Shown piece after piece: positions 28,980 to 37,622 of a stretch of 39,385 nucleotides of DNA. The notes under the pieces are model-generated. The model was not told the DNA's origin. It saw only the letters and a program-made list of their open reading frames with translations, and did not search any database. The position numbers and the translations under genes were made by a program. The stretch comes from a virus (taxonomy: Duplodnaviria; Caudoviricetes), in the IMG/VR virus record IMGVR_UViG_3300005758_000262, positions 1 through 39,385 of that record; one strand, given 5' to 3'. The first letter of the stretch is position 1. Each line of letters opens with the position of its first letter.

Positions 28980-29453
28980 TTAAGAATCATAGTCTATATA
29001 AACCCTTTTTCTAGTTTTCAATCTAATAGAAGGGTCATTTTTTATAGCTTTAATGTTAGTATGTTGATATTGACTTTCATCATCATCATAATTCTCTCTG
29101 TAATATCTAAATACATCTTGATTAGTTGTCCAACAATAATTTCTTTGCATTGGTATACTTTTTACAGCTTCTACGACATCTTCTAATGTAGTTTGGGGAA
29201 AGTAATATTTGCATAGTCTATATAAATCAGCAATACCTCTTCTCCTTTGTCGATAACATTGTTGTCTTCCTTGTATATATGTTGTATTGTCTACAAGATA
29301 ACTACTGTTAGTAGCAAATCTTAATACTTCATTAATATCCTTGAAATTATATTTCTCATTTAAATTAAAATGAATAGGTTTTAATGTATCCAAATTAGCT
29401 TGAATATCACTAAGTTTCATTCTAGGTTTATTGTCTGTTTTTTTAATCTCCAT
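28980..29453 (-). CDS. Hypothetical protein
   Basis: 157 aa ORF with QQCYRQRRRGIADLYRLCKYYFP...YCWT. Confidence 0.7.
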   Translation of the reverse strand: MEIKKTDNKPRMKLSDIQANLDTLKPIHFNLNEKYNFKDINEVLRFATNSSYLVDNTTYIQGRQQCYRQRRRGIADLYRLCKYYFPQTTLEDVVEAVKSIPMQRNYCWTTNQDVFRYYRENYDDDESQYQHTNIKAIKNDPSIRLKTRKRVYIDYDS

Positions 29454-29889
29454 AATTTGTTTTTAATCCATATAATTTTTGAGTTTCATCATATCCATGT
29501 CTCCAATTATTATATTCAGATAATTCCTCAAAACCAAGTTTTAATATGAAATCTTCATAATTATTTCTAAAATCTTCTCCTAATGTACAAATGATTAACC
29601 CAGCTTCCATATTACTATAATTATCTGTATAATTGACTAATTCATTAATTAAATAATTTGAAATAAAGTTGATAGATTCATCATCTAACTCTTCAAGATC
29701 ATTGGACTCATTATCACAAATCTTAAACATTTGTAATAATCCACAACCCATTTTAGTTTCATATATATTGAAAATGATAGGACTATTAATAGAATTATCT
29801 TGAAAAACTAATTCTAAATGATTATGCCAAACTCCTGATTCTATTACATTTACGCTTACATTAATAGATTTCTTGTCCATCAATTTCAA
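29443..29889 (-). CDS. Hypothetical protein, possibly degenerate GNAT-like
   Basis: 148 aa ORF; LIICTL...FILKLGFEEL tail. Confidence 0.6.
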   Translation of the reverse strand: MKLMDKKSINVSVNVIESGVWHNHLELVFQDNSINSPIIFNIYETKMGCGLLQMFKICDNESNDLEELDDESINFISNYLINELVNYTDNYSNMEAGLIICTLGEDFRNNYEDFILKLGFEELSEYNNWRHGYDETQKLYGLKTNYGD

Positions 29890-30199
29890 TAAATTTATCT
29901 ATTATAATATCTTCTTTTTCAAAATCATCATAGTCATCTGTAGTTATATTACCTATGGATTTAATATATCTGATAGGAAATGTTTTTATATAACTTCTTG
30001 GATAATAACCACCATCTGATATAATTTCACATTTCCAATATTGTGTTCCATACAACACTTGTTCATCACGAGGCATATCTTCCAGGATAAAATCAAGACC
30101 ATCTTTAATAAATTCCAGTAGTTTAACTCTACCTATTACTTTAGTCTGTTCTTGATAATCCCAGAAGATCCATACCTCTTTATTTACTTCTAATATCAT
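29861..30199 (-). CDS. Hypothetical protein
   Basis: 112 aa acidic ORF. Confidence 0.65.
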   Translation of the reverse strand: MILEVNKEVWIFWDYQEQTKVIGRVKLLEFIKDGLDFILEDMPRDEQVLYGTQYWKCEIISDGGYYPRSYIKTFPIRYIKSIGNITTDDYDDFEKEDIIIDKFIEIDGQEIY

Positions 30200-30718
30200 T
30201 TATTTCTTTAACATATATGTATATACCTCACCATCATTTCCTTGATAAGAATATACTTTTTTAAATACACCAGATTTAGCCACTATTTTGTGTTCATCAC
30301 TATCTTTAACTACATTTGTAATTAGTGTTTCTCTAGTGCTATATCTACTATCTAAATAATCAAATTCTATTTCATTTTTTAGTAATAAACTATTAATAGC
30401 TATTAAATCTGTCTTTTTAATTGTAAGATCTATACCATCTAATATTAAATCTAAATCACTTGTGTAACATGAATTACCCATAGATAATTCAAACATTGTA
30501 CAAGTTAATGGTAAATTTTGAATTTGCATTTGAAATTCAAAATAATACTCATTAAACTCATCATCTGAGATGACTATACTATTTGTTTTATCTTTAATTG
30601 TATAATTTTTATATTGTTTTTTCTTTAAATACTTTTCTAATATTTTAACAATTTTATCAATATTAGGATTAAGTTGTTTAGTTTGTTTAACTCTACTCAT
30701 TTTAATTGTGTTATTCAT
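30200..30718 (-). CDS. Hypothetical protein, possible paralog of 29443..29889
   Basis: 172 aa ORF; TCTMFEL...LITNV...SGVFKKVYSY. Confidence 0.65.
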   Translation of the reverse strand: MNNTIKMSRVKQTKQLNPNIDKIVKILEKYLKKKQYKNYTIKDKTNSIVISDDEFNEYYFEFQMQIQNLPLTCTMFELSMGNSCYTSDLDLILDGIDLTIKKTDLIAINSLLLKNEIEFDYLDSRYSTRETLITNVVKDSDEHKIVAKSGVFKKVYSYQGNDGEVYTYMLKK

Positions 30719-31418
30719 TAATTAATTTTCTTCTCCAAGAATATCCCCCTGCTGTATAATTAGGATACCTTAAAGCTCTTGATATGGCTGAAGCTTTTAT
30801 TTTTAATTCATCAGATGCTATTTTAGAATTTTGATACTCTACTTCAATAGTATCATTAAGAGCTATAATAGGGTCTATTTTATTAATTTTTCCTCTATTT
30901 CTAGTAATTTTAACAATATTACCATCTGTACTTAAATATTTTCTAACTTTTTTCTCATTTTTATGAGATATTGGTATAGAAATATTAAGTTTTTCTCCAA
31001 TTTCCTTATGTGTAAAGCCTTCAGCTCTCATTTTAACCACTTTAGAGGCTGTTTTAGACACTTTCGTCTCAATTTGGGATAATATATCATTTATCTCAGA
31101 TTTTGCCTGTAATGAGCTTAAAATAGTATTTTCTGTGATTAATTCATGATTATTATAATCAGGATAATAATATATTGGTTTTTTATATAAATGTTCCAAA
31201 ATGTGAAAATAAGCGTATTTAATTACAAAAAACATCCAAGATTCAACTGATTGTTCATTATTTGGTCTGGAGTAATTCTCTCTATATAACCACATGTTCA
31301 ATTGAGCTTGAGCTTTTAGTTCATTAGCAGCTTCTATATCTCTAGTAAAATATCTACATTTTAAATCTATCCAATCTTGTTTCTTTATTATCCAATTTTC
31401 TAATTCCTTGTCTGTCAT
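30711..31418 (-). CDS. ECF sigma-factor-like protein with a C-terminal NUMOD1-like DNA-binding domain
   Basis: Region 2-like DIEAANELKAQAQLNMW...VESWMFFVIKY; region 4-like MRAEGFTHKEIGEKLNIS; tail EYQNSKIASDELKIKASAISRAL...TAGGYSW. Confidence 0.65.
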   Translation of the reverse strand: MTDKELENWIIKKQDWIDLKCRYFTRDIEAANELKAQAQLNMWLYRENYSRPNNEQSVESWMFFVIKYAYFHILEHLYKKPIYYYPDYNNHELITENTILSSLQAKSEINDILSQIETKVSKTASKVVKMRAEGFTHKEIGEKLNISIPISHKNEKKVRKYLSTDGNIVKITRNRGKINKIDPIIALNDTIEVEYQNSKIASDELKIKASAISRALRYPNYTAGGYSWRRKLINE

Positions 31419-31430
31419 TTTTCCATGTAA

Positions 31431-31537
31431 AATAAGCTGGGAATATTTAGTTGTTTAGCACACACTACTGATTTAAACTCTACTTTTTAATTTGTTTTTA
31501 ACATTATCAAAATAGAAACTAAATACCCCAGCTTATT
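31431..31537. repeat. Near-perfect 21-22 bp inverted repeat enclosing about 64 nt
   Basis: AATAAGCTGGGAATATTTAGTT (31431-31452) versus AACTAAATACCCCAGCTTATT (31517-31537). Confidence 0.8.
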
Positions 31538-31542
31538 ATAAT

Positions 31543-31770
31543 TTAAACTAATACTTTTTGTCCAATTACTGGAACATTAAATCTTTCAATTAATTCTTGC
31601 GCAAGAGCAGGAATTCCTTCATTAATAGCTAATTCAACTTGTCCTGCTAAATCATCATCAAATGTATTACCTTCTGATATAAATTTAATAGCTAATTCAC
31701 TATTATCCCATACAAAACCCATTAAGTCATCTGATTTAATCCAGAAATTACTTAATGTACGATATTCCAC
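31543..31770 (-). CDS. phiEco32-like COOH-NH2 ligase (type 2), exon 2
   Basis: VEYRTLSNFWI completes the family motif GSFR...GVEYR. Confidence 0.9.
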   Translation of the reverse strand: MEYRTLSNFWIKSDDLMGFVWDNSELAIKFISEGNTFDDDLAGQVELAINEGIPALAQELIERFNVPVIGQKVLV

Positions 31771-31928
31771 CAATCTCTTTTCTGAGATTTAGACTATCCC
31801 TTCACCTTTTTATACGGTGTACTCATTATAGTCGTTGCACGTCCTCTAATATAATATTTCATAAAATAATTAACCACATTTTTTCTTTAATTATTCTCTA
31901 TATTATCATGAGTTTCGCTCAGGATTCC

Positions 31929-32777
31929 TTACGCTGGTTCCCTGAATTTCGAGTATTTTTCTACTAGATTATTTCTAATCTGTGCGGCATTATCATACTT
32001 CCTTTGAAGAAAAGTATGAGCGTTTGTATATAACAAATTAATAAATTTAAAGACACTAGGTAACGCATGTATTTGTAAACTATAAGCTTTACTTGGCTTA
32101 TGTTTATATATTGCATGAGAAATATTTTGTTGGTTTAAAAATTCTGAAATTTGACTTAAAAAATCAATAGAAGCAGAAGTTAGTTGAATTCTATTTTTAT
32201 TAGAATCTATATAACCGTCTCCTTCAATAACACCCCTTAAAAAATCCCATGTTATAGGAAAATTTATTTTAATTGTTGTTGATTTTCTTTCACCAATTCC
32301 TAAATTTTTTAGATAGTTTATTAATTCTTTGTTTCTAAAAGTAATTCTACAGCCAAAATAAGTCTTATTCTTGGTTACTTTTTTAACATCAGATATTTTT
32401 ATATCTGATTTAAGAAATATTTTAAACTTTTCAAGAATTTCTCGATCATCTTTTTTTATTCCTAAAGATAATCTTGTTCCTCTTATTGCTCCATCTGAAG
32501 CAATCCATCCTAACCAATATTGTACTTCAGGATTATTTAAATCTTCAAATACATTTCTTATAACTTTTTGATTATCTCTAATATATATTCTTTTTGAAAA
32601 ATCTATATTTCTAATTTTAAAGTTATCTTGAATTATTATTCTATCATATCCATATTTTTCAGTTAATTTATAATATGGAATATTATCTTTATAGTCTTTT
32701 AAAATTTCATTAAAAATTTCATTTGGTATTATTTGAAATTTAGGTCTCCAATTAGATTTTTTCTTTATTTTTCTCAT
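31929..32777 (-). CDS. Intron-encoded double-motif LAGLIDADG homing endonuclease with an N-terminal HTH-like segment
   Basis: YWLGWIASDG and DFLRGVIEGDG motifs; FLQRK near the C-terminus. Confidence 0.92.
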   Translation of the reverse strand: MRKIKKKSNWRPKFQIIPNEIFNEILKDYKDNIPYYKLTEKYGYDRIIIQDNFKIRNIDFSKRIYIRDNQKVIRNVFEDLNNPEVQYWLGWIASDGAIRGTRLSLGIKKDDREILEKFKIFLKSDIKISDVKKVTKNKTYFGCRITFRNKELINYLKNLGIGERKSTTIKINFPITWDFLRGVIEGDGYIDSNKNRIQLTSASIDFLSQISEFLNQQNISHAIYKHKPSKAYSLQIHALPSVFKFINLLYTNAHTFLQRKYDNAAQIRNNLVEKYSKFREPA

Positions 32778-32805
32778 TTTGTCCTTATTTTAATGGACAA
32801 AAATA
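32773..32805 (-). promoter_or_regulatory. TAnnTTTG promoter element and start-occluding hairpin upstream of the LAGLIDADG ORF
   Basis: TATTTTTG at 32805-32798 overlaps the 5' arm of TTTTGTCC-ATTAAAATAA-GGACAAAA, whose 3' arm includes the A of the ATG. Confidence 0.6.
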
Positions 32806-32889
32806 CAGATTATTTATTTAATTGAAGAATTAACTTAGATAATATCTTATTTAATTTTTAATTTTGTTATATAATGTTTAATTTCTTTT

Positions 32890-33486
32890 ACCGTGGAACT
32901 TAGTAGCAAATCTAAAACTACCAGCTTTACCATAAAGTTGTCTTCTTTTTGTATCTCCATCTAATAATACACTCGGTAATCCTAAGAAAATATCCATAGC
33001 TTTTATTAGTTCTTCACAAATTTGTCTATCTTTAGCTTCTTCAAAACCTATACTTACATGTCCGCCACATACTCTTAGATTTGTATCAGCAACACTAACT
33101 TTAGGATTTACCATTTTTTGCCAAGCGTTATTATCTGTTTCACAACCAGCTTCTCTAGCACCTGGCATTTCAAGATACTCGTGATTAAATTCTGCTGATG
33201 CATCTAAAGCTAGTATAAATTGTTCATTATCTACATTAGCTTTAATATATTTCAAAGCAGTATTGTGATAATCAATCCATTCTTGCTTAGAAGATGCTGC
33301 TGGAATATTATATTCTAAGGAGCAATTATCTACCTGCCATGCAAAACCTTTTGGTAAATTTACCATTGGTAAAGGATCTCTTTTAGTTCCAGATATTAAA
33401 CCAATTGCTGGAAAATATTCACCCGTATCTCTTCTTCTTAAAAATAATTCTGGGTCACTACCCAATTTAAAACTTCTGATTTTCAT
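32890..33486 (-). CDS. phiEco32-like COOH-NH2 ligase (type 2), exon 1 (spliced product 274 aa)
   Basis: LGSDPELFL, QVDNCSLEYNIP, GCETD, LRVCGGHVSIG, RRQLYGKAGSFR. Confidence 0.9.
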
Positions 33487-34510
33487 TTTTGTCTATTATT
33501 TTATAAACTTTTACATTTTTTCTTGTATAATACGATCCACCATTTGGTTTTCTAAATTCTATGTATACATCATCTTGATTTTGAAATTTCATAAAATAGT
33601 TATTATGTTTATAAACAAATTGTTCATTAATACTATTAAATATAAAATAATTATCTTCTCTATTTAATTGATTTAAAGGAACTTCAGTAAAAGAAAGTTG
33701 ATAACCAGCTGATCTAGTCATAGAAGATAGTAATTCTAATAATTTATCATCATCATTTTGTATTCTGTCAATATAAAATAAGAAGTTTTTTTTGATATTA
33801 GTGATAAATTTGCAAACATTATTATAAGAATTACCAGCTTGTATATATTTTATAACTTTAAACCACAATAAAGAACTACCTAATTTTGCAATATTATAAG
33901 GTTTAAGATCAATTTCTCCTTGACCAGATCCTAAACTTGAAAATAATACAAAATCATTTAAATAACGAATATTGTATAAAGATGTCATTAATTTATCAAA
34001 ATTAAAGAAAGTAGTATCTGCAAAAAAAGTATAATTATAAGCCAGATTAAATGTTACATCTCTTTCTAAATTATCATAATAATGTGCTAAAACGACAGCT
34101 TGCCAAAAACTAAGATTGCTATTTTTAAGAATATCAAATATTCTATCAATTAATCCATCATTTTCAACATACCATAAATATCTTGTTAATATTAAACATA
34201 TATACATATGCATGATATTTTGATATTCTGTTGGTATTAGACGAATTTGATGTAATCCTTCTTTATTTATTTCATAATTAATATGGATACCATTTTCTTT
34301 AAGTAATCCTAACCATTTTGTAATTTCTTCATCACTATAAGCACATTTTTGTCTTTTAGTAATGATGTATTCTTTTACAGATAGAGTATTTTTCTTAACT
34401 ATTTCACAACAACAGACTTCTGTTTCATTATAAGTATCTCCGTTATGATAATTTACCAAAATATCTACATATTGTCTTTCATTGTATCTTTTATTATAAA
34501 CATAGCTCAT
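33467..34510 (-). CDS. Hypothetical protein
   Basis: 347 aa ORF coupled to the ligase gene; contains EVCCC and LILTRYLWY. Confidence 0.7.
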   Translation of the reverse strand: MSYVYNKRYNERQYVDILVNYHNGDTYNETEVCCCEIVKKNTLSVKEYIITKRQKCAYSDEEITKWLGLLKENGIHINYEINKEGLHQIRLIPTEYQNIMHMYICLILTRYLWYVENDGLIDRIFDILKNSNLSFWQAVVLAHYYDNLERDVTFNLAYNYTFFADTTFFNFDKLMTSLYNIRYLNDFVLFSSLGSGQGEIDLKPYNIAKLGSSLLWFKVIKYIQAGNSYNNVCKFITNIKKNFLFYIDRIQNDDDKLLELLSSMTRSAGYQLSFTEVPLNQLNREDNYFIFNSINEQFVYKHNNYFMKFQNQDDVYIEFRKPNGGSYYTRKNVKVYKIIDKNENQKF

Positions 34511-34564
34511 TTACTTCAATAATTTTTTTATCATATTATTAGCATAAGACATCATAAGTTCTTC
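34511..34564 (-). CDS. Class I glutamine amidotransferase, exon 2 (not in ORF track)
   Basis: EELMMSYANNMIKKLLK*; supplies the Glu of HPE, and its stop abuts the next ATG at 34510. Confidence 0.88.
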   Translation of the reverse strand, partial: EELMMSYANNMIKKLLK

Positions 34565-34822
34565 CAAACTTGTTATCTTACAGGCTCTTTATCCTGTAAT
34601 TCTGTATATTACTATACAGTTCAGACTATATCTTTAACTTTATAAAAAGTTAGTGGTTTTTCGTGGCTATATTATATTCTATTTTTAATAGTTTCAATAG
34701 CTAGTCGTTGCACCTTTTACAATTATTTAAATTGTAACTTGGCTCATGATTTTCCCATTAGGAGTTCCCATGAATTTAACCACAGTTTATTGCATAATCA
34801 CTTATGCAAGCCCCAAAGTTTT
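34565..34822 (-). ncRNA. ORF-less group I intron (258 nt)
   Basis: Exon CCCU pairs with GGGG. CUUU pairs with 3' exon GAAG. P2 UGCAUAA/UUAUGCA; P3 GUGGUU/AACCAC; core AAAUUCAUGGGAA / AAUCAUGAGC / GCAACGACUA / AAGAUAUAGUC; terminal G. Confidence 0.92.
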
Positions 34823-35437
34823 AGGGTGAAATTGAACACCTGATATGAGAAGTTCTTTATGTTCAAATGCTTCTACAATTCCTTCTTCTGATAATAAAAG
34901 AGGCTTTAAATTATTTCCTAATCCATCTATTTGGATACCTTGATGGTGTAATGAATTAACTTTCATAGCATCTTTTTCTTTAACTTGATTTATTAACCAA
35001 CATTCTTTTTCATCATCATATTTAGTTACTTCATATACTATATGAGCTAATTCGCTTCTATCTCTTGTAGAATCTCCATGATCCCACCAAATATTCTGAA
35101 TTAATTCACCTCCAAAATAAATATTAAGCATTTGAAATCCAAGACATATACCAAATATTGGTGTTCCTGCATTAATATATTGAGGTAAGTTTACTTCATA
35201 AAAGTATTCTTTAAAAGCATCACAATTAGTATTATTAAATCCTGGAACTTGTCCATATCTATGACTAAATGTATCAAGACCACCAGGTAATACTACTAAA
35301 TCTAATCCTTCTACTATTCCTTTTCTTGGTGTGAGCATTTCTACTTGACCAAATTGACTAAAATATTCTAAATATGGCTTAGTTACACCAAATGAGTTGT
35401 CCCCCGTAGACCAACAGGGGATTGCAATTCTTTTCAT
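34823..35437 (-). CDS. Class I glutamine amidotransferase (peptidase C26/PuuD-like), exon 1 (spliced product 222 aa)
   Basis: LPGGLD, FGICLGFQMLN, VNSLHHQ, GVQFHP. Confidence 0.9.
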
Positions 35438-35454
35438 TAATTATTATTTAGTTT

Positions 35455-36201
35455 TTAAAAAATGGTTTGCTCTTTTGCAATTCTGTCAAAGTAATTGGAT
35501 TCATAATATAATGTTTTAGTTAAGTTATTTAAATAATCTAATGTGTGAACATCTGAGCTATTTTTATCTAAATTCCATTCCCAACTTCTCCAACCCATCA
35601 TTTCAGGGTGAAATTGTACTCCTAAACATCTGGTTTTAGGATAATAAATAGCTTCAGGTTCTATTATTAAACCATCTTCATCTATAGCTTTTAAGGAGAA
35701 ATTTATATCTTCATCATCACCATTAAGATAATGTTTAGAAATACCTTTAGAATACATTAATAATTTATAATCTTCTTCTGGTAAATCCCAAGGGTAAACC
35801 ATTTGGTGATGTAAACTATTGACTTCACAAACTTGATTATCCCATGTTTTTACTTTATGACTTCTCCCTGCATGATCAGTAGTATCTTGAATTAATCTAG
35901 CTCCATTGAGGGCTGATAACAATTGTAAGCCACGACAAATACCTATCATAAAAATACCATTTTCAATACAGTAATTATATAGTTTTATTTCTTTTTCATC
36001 TCTAGGTGTTAGTCCACTTACTTGTGTAAAATATCCTTTCTTTTCTCCATAAATACTAGGACTAATATCTGTTCCTCCTTGGAATATAACAATATCTGCT
36101 TCCTTTAATTTACGTGTAAAAAAACAACCTTCTATCCAATCACCATCTCCTGGATAACCATCTGCTGTATAATACTTTAATAACTTTTCTTTTTTTGACA
36201 T
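35455..36201 (-). CDS. Class I glutamine amidotransferase (peptidase C26/PuuD-like), intronless paralog
   Basis: QGGTDISPSIYG, GICRGLQLL, VNSLHHQ, GVQFHPE. Confidence 0.92.
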   Translation of the reverse strand: MSKKEKLLKYYTADGYPGDGDWIEGCFFTRKLKEADIVIFQGGTDISPSIYGEKKGYFTQVSGLTPRDEKEIKLYNYCIENGIFMIGICRGLQLLSALNGARLIQDTTDHAGRSHKVKTWDNQVCEVNSLHHQMVYPWDLPEEDYKLLMYSKGISKHYLNGDDEDINFSLKAIDEDGLIIEPEAIYYPKTRCLGVQFHPEMMGWRSWEWNLDKNSSDVHTLDYLNNLTKTLYYESNYFDRIAKEQTIF

Positions 36202-36204
36202 ATT

Positions 36205-36492
36205 TTATAATAAATTGATTATGTGTTGTAAAAATTCTTTTCTTTTATTATGATTTTCAGGATACCACCAAAAATCTCCAAATGAACTTAGCTGATTATA
36301 TTCTGAATCCCACCAAAATTTATTAAAGATGTTGGGTTTTCTTTTAGAAAAATCTAATTTTAGTAATTTATCTTCTTCCTCTGTAATTAATCCTTGCCAA
36401 TATAAATCAGATATTTTTCTACAAATACCTAGTAATTTACTATTATCATAATTATGGAGTAATAGTTGATATAATTGTTTTAATGTTCTCAT
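36205..36492 (-). CDS. Hypothetical protein
   Basis: 95 aa Trp-rich ORF (GIC...FWW...FWWYP...RKEFL); ATGA overlap with the upstream gene. Confidence 0.7.
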   Translation of the reverse strand: MRTLKQLYQLLLHNYDNSKLLGICRKISDLYWQGLITEEEDKLLKLDFSKRKPNIFNKFWWDSEYNQLSSFGDFWWYPENHNKRKEFLQHIINLL

Positions 36493-37607
36493 AAACTTTC
36501 GTGAATTTTTATAATTTGTTGAATATCAGATAGTTTTACATCATTATAACACCCAATCTTGAATGTAGCTTCTGTTAAACTTAAACTCCAAGTATGAAAA
36601 GTGTTGTTTAATTTTGAAGTAATTTGTGCTAATTCTTTAAATTTCTCAATTTTAACATTTTCACCAGCACATACTACATAATCTTTAGTAATTTTTACTT
36701 CTTTACCATTAGAAAGTGTATATGTTTGTTCTTTAGTTTTATATACTGCTTCCCATGTTTCTACTATTTCTTTTGGTAAATAATATGCATCGGATAAATA
36801 ATGAACATATCCTGTATCTTTAAATTTGTATAAATCTCCTTGTTTTATTTTTCCCCCAAATAAATCATAAGGAGCTTTATATCCTATTATTTCTTCTTTA
36901 TTTTCCATATTTTGTCCTAAAATATATTGTTTAAATTGTTCAAATGTTATTTCTGTATATCCTTCATAACCTGTAGATTTACCATTAAGAAAAGCATGGT
37001 AACCTCTTTCAGGAGAATAATACCACATATAAGAACTGACATTTCCACATACAAAATTGCTTTTTTTAGATTTAAAGTAAGCAAAAACTGTATTTTCTTG
37101 TTCTTTAGTTGGTCTTATACACCATTTTTCTGGCAATACAAATTCTTCTTTAAGATTTACTATTGAATCCCATTCTTCTAGTGTTAATAGTGTTGGGTTA
37201 TTTTTAAAACTTTCTAAAAAATTTGAACATTTTGTACCTTTATCAAGATCACTAAATCCATCATATCCATAATATATATAAGAATCTCCTGTATAATTTA
37301 CTTTATAAGTTTTATTTAACCAACCTATATATTTATGCCATAATGGATTAAGAGGATAGTGTCGAATTACAAAATACTGTGGTAATTCTTTTTTAACATT
37401 CATAACTTTTTCTTTAAATTCTTGTTCTGTAAGTAAAGTGTAACTTAATGGCGGTCCTTTTATATGGGTGTTATAATTCAAAATATCTCTATTAATATAA
37501 TAGTACCCTTGTGAATTACAAACCCAATTATTAGAACCATGATTTAATTTTTTTAAATATTCTATTACTTCTTTATCCTTTGGATGGTATATACACCAAT
37601 TTTTCAT
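36489..37607 (-). CDS. Hypothetical protein with three tandem diverged repeats
   Basis: Units start KNWCI / LPQYFVI / LPEKWCI and end LLTEQEFK / LLTLEEWD / EITFEQFK. Confidence 0.75.
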   Translation of the reverse strand: MKNWCIYHPKDKEVIEYLKKLNHGSNNWVCNSQGYYYINRDILNYNTHIKGPPLSYTLLTEQEFKEKVMNVKKELPQYFVIRHYPLNPLWHKYIGWLNKTYKVNYTGDSYIYYGYDGFSDLDKGTKCSNFLESFKNNPTLLTLEEWDSIVNLKEEFVLPEKWCIRPTKEQENTVFAYFKSKKSNFVCGNVSSYMWYYSPERGYHAFLNGKSTGYEGYTEITFEQFKQYILGQNMENKEEIIGYKAPYDLFGGKIKQGDLYKFKDTGYVHYLSDAYYLPKEIVETWEAVYKTKEQTYTLSNGKEVKITKDYVVCAGENVKIEKFKELAQITSKLNNTFHTWSLSLTEATFKIGCYNDVKLSDIQQIIKIHESL

Positions 37608-37622
37608 AATTAAATTTTAGTT

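Larger units (their letters stand above)
31771..32889 (-). mobile_element. Group I intron (1119 nt) in the COOH-NH2 ligase gene
   Basis: Exon CGGU pairs with GCCG near 31985. GAAA-capped P2 (AGAUUA/UAAUCU); P3 UACUC/GAGUA; core AAAUUCAGGGAA / AAUCCUGAGC / GCAACGACUA / AAGGGAUAGUC; P9 AAUCUC/GAGAUU; terminal G. Confidence 0.9.

Noticed and set aside
31543-31773. 76 aa TTG-started ORF as an independent gene
   Set aside because: The TTG is the last three bases of the intron; the rest is ligase exon 2.
13796-37166. Short + strand ORFs in the minus-strand block (13796, 14084, 16579, 18825, 23491, 23676, 24623, 25949, 31755, 32371, 36927)
   Set aside because: All lie antisense to well-supported genes or intron cores and show no recognisable motifs.
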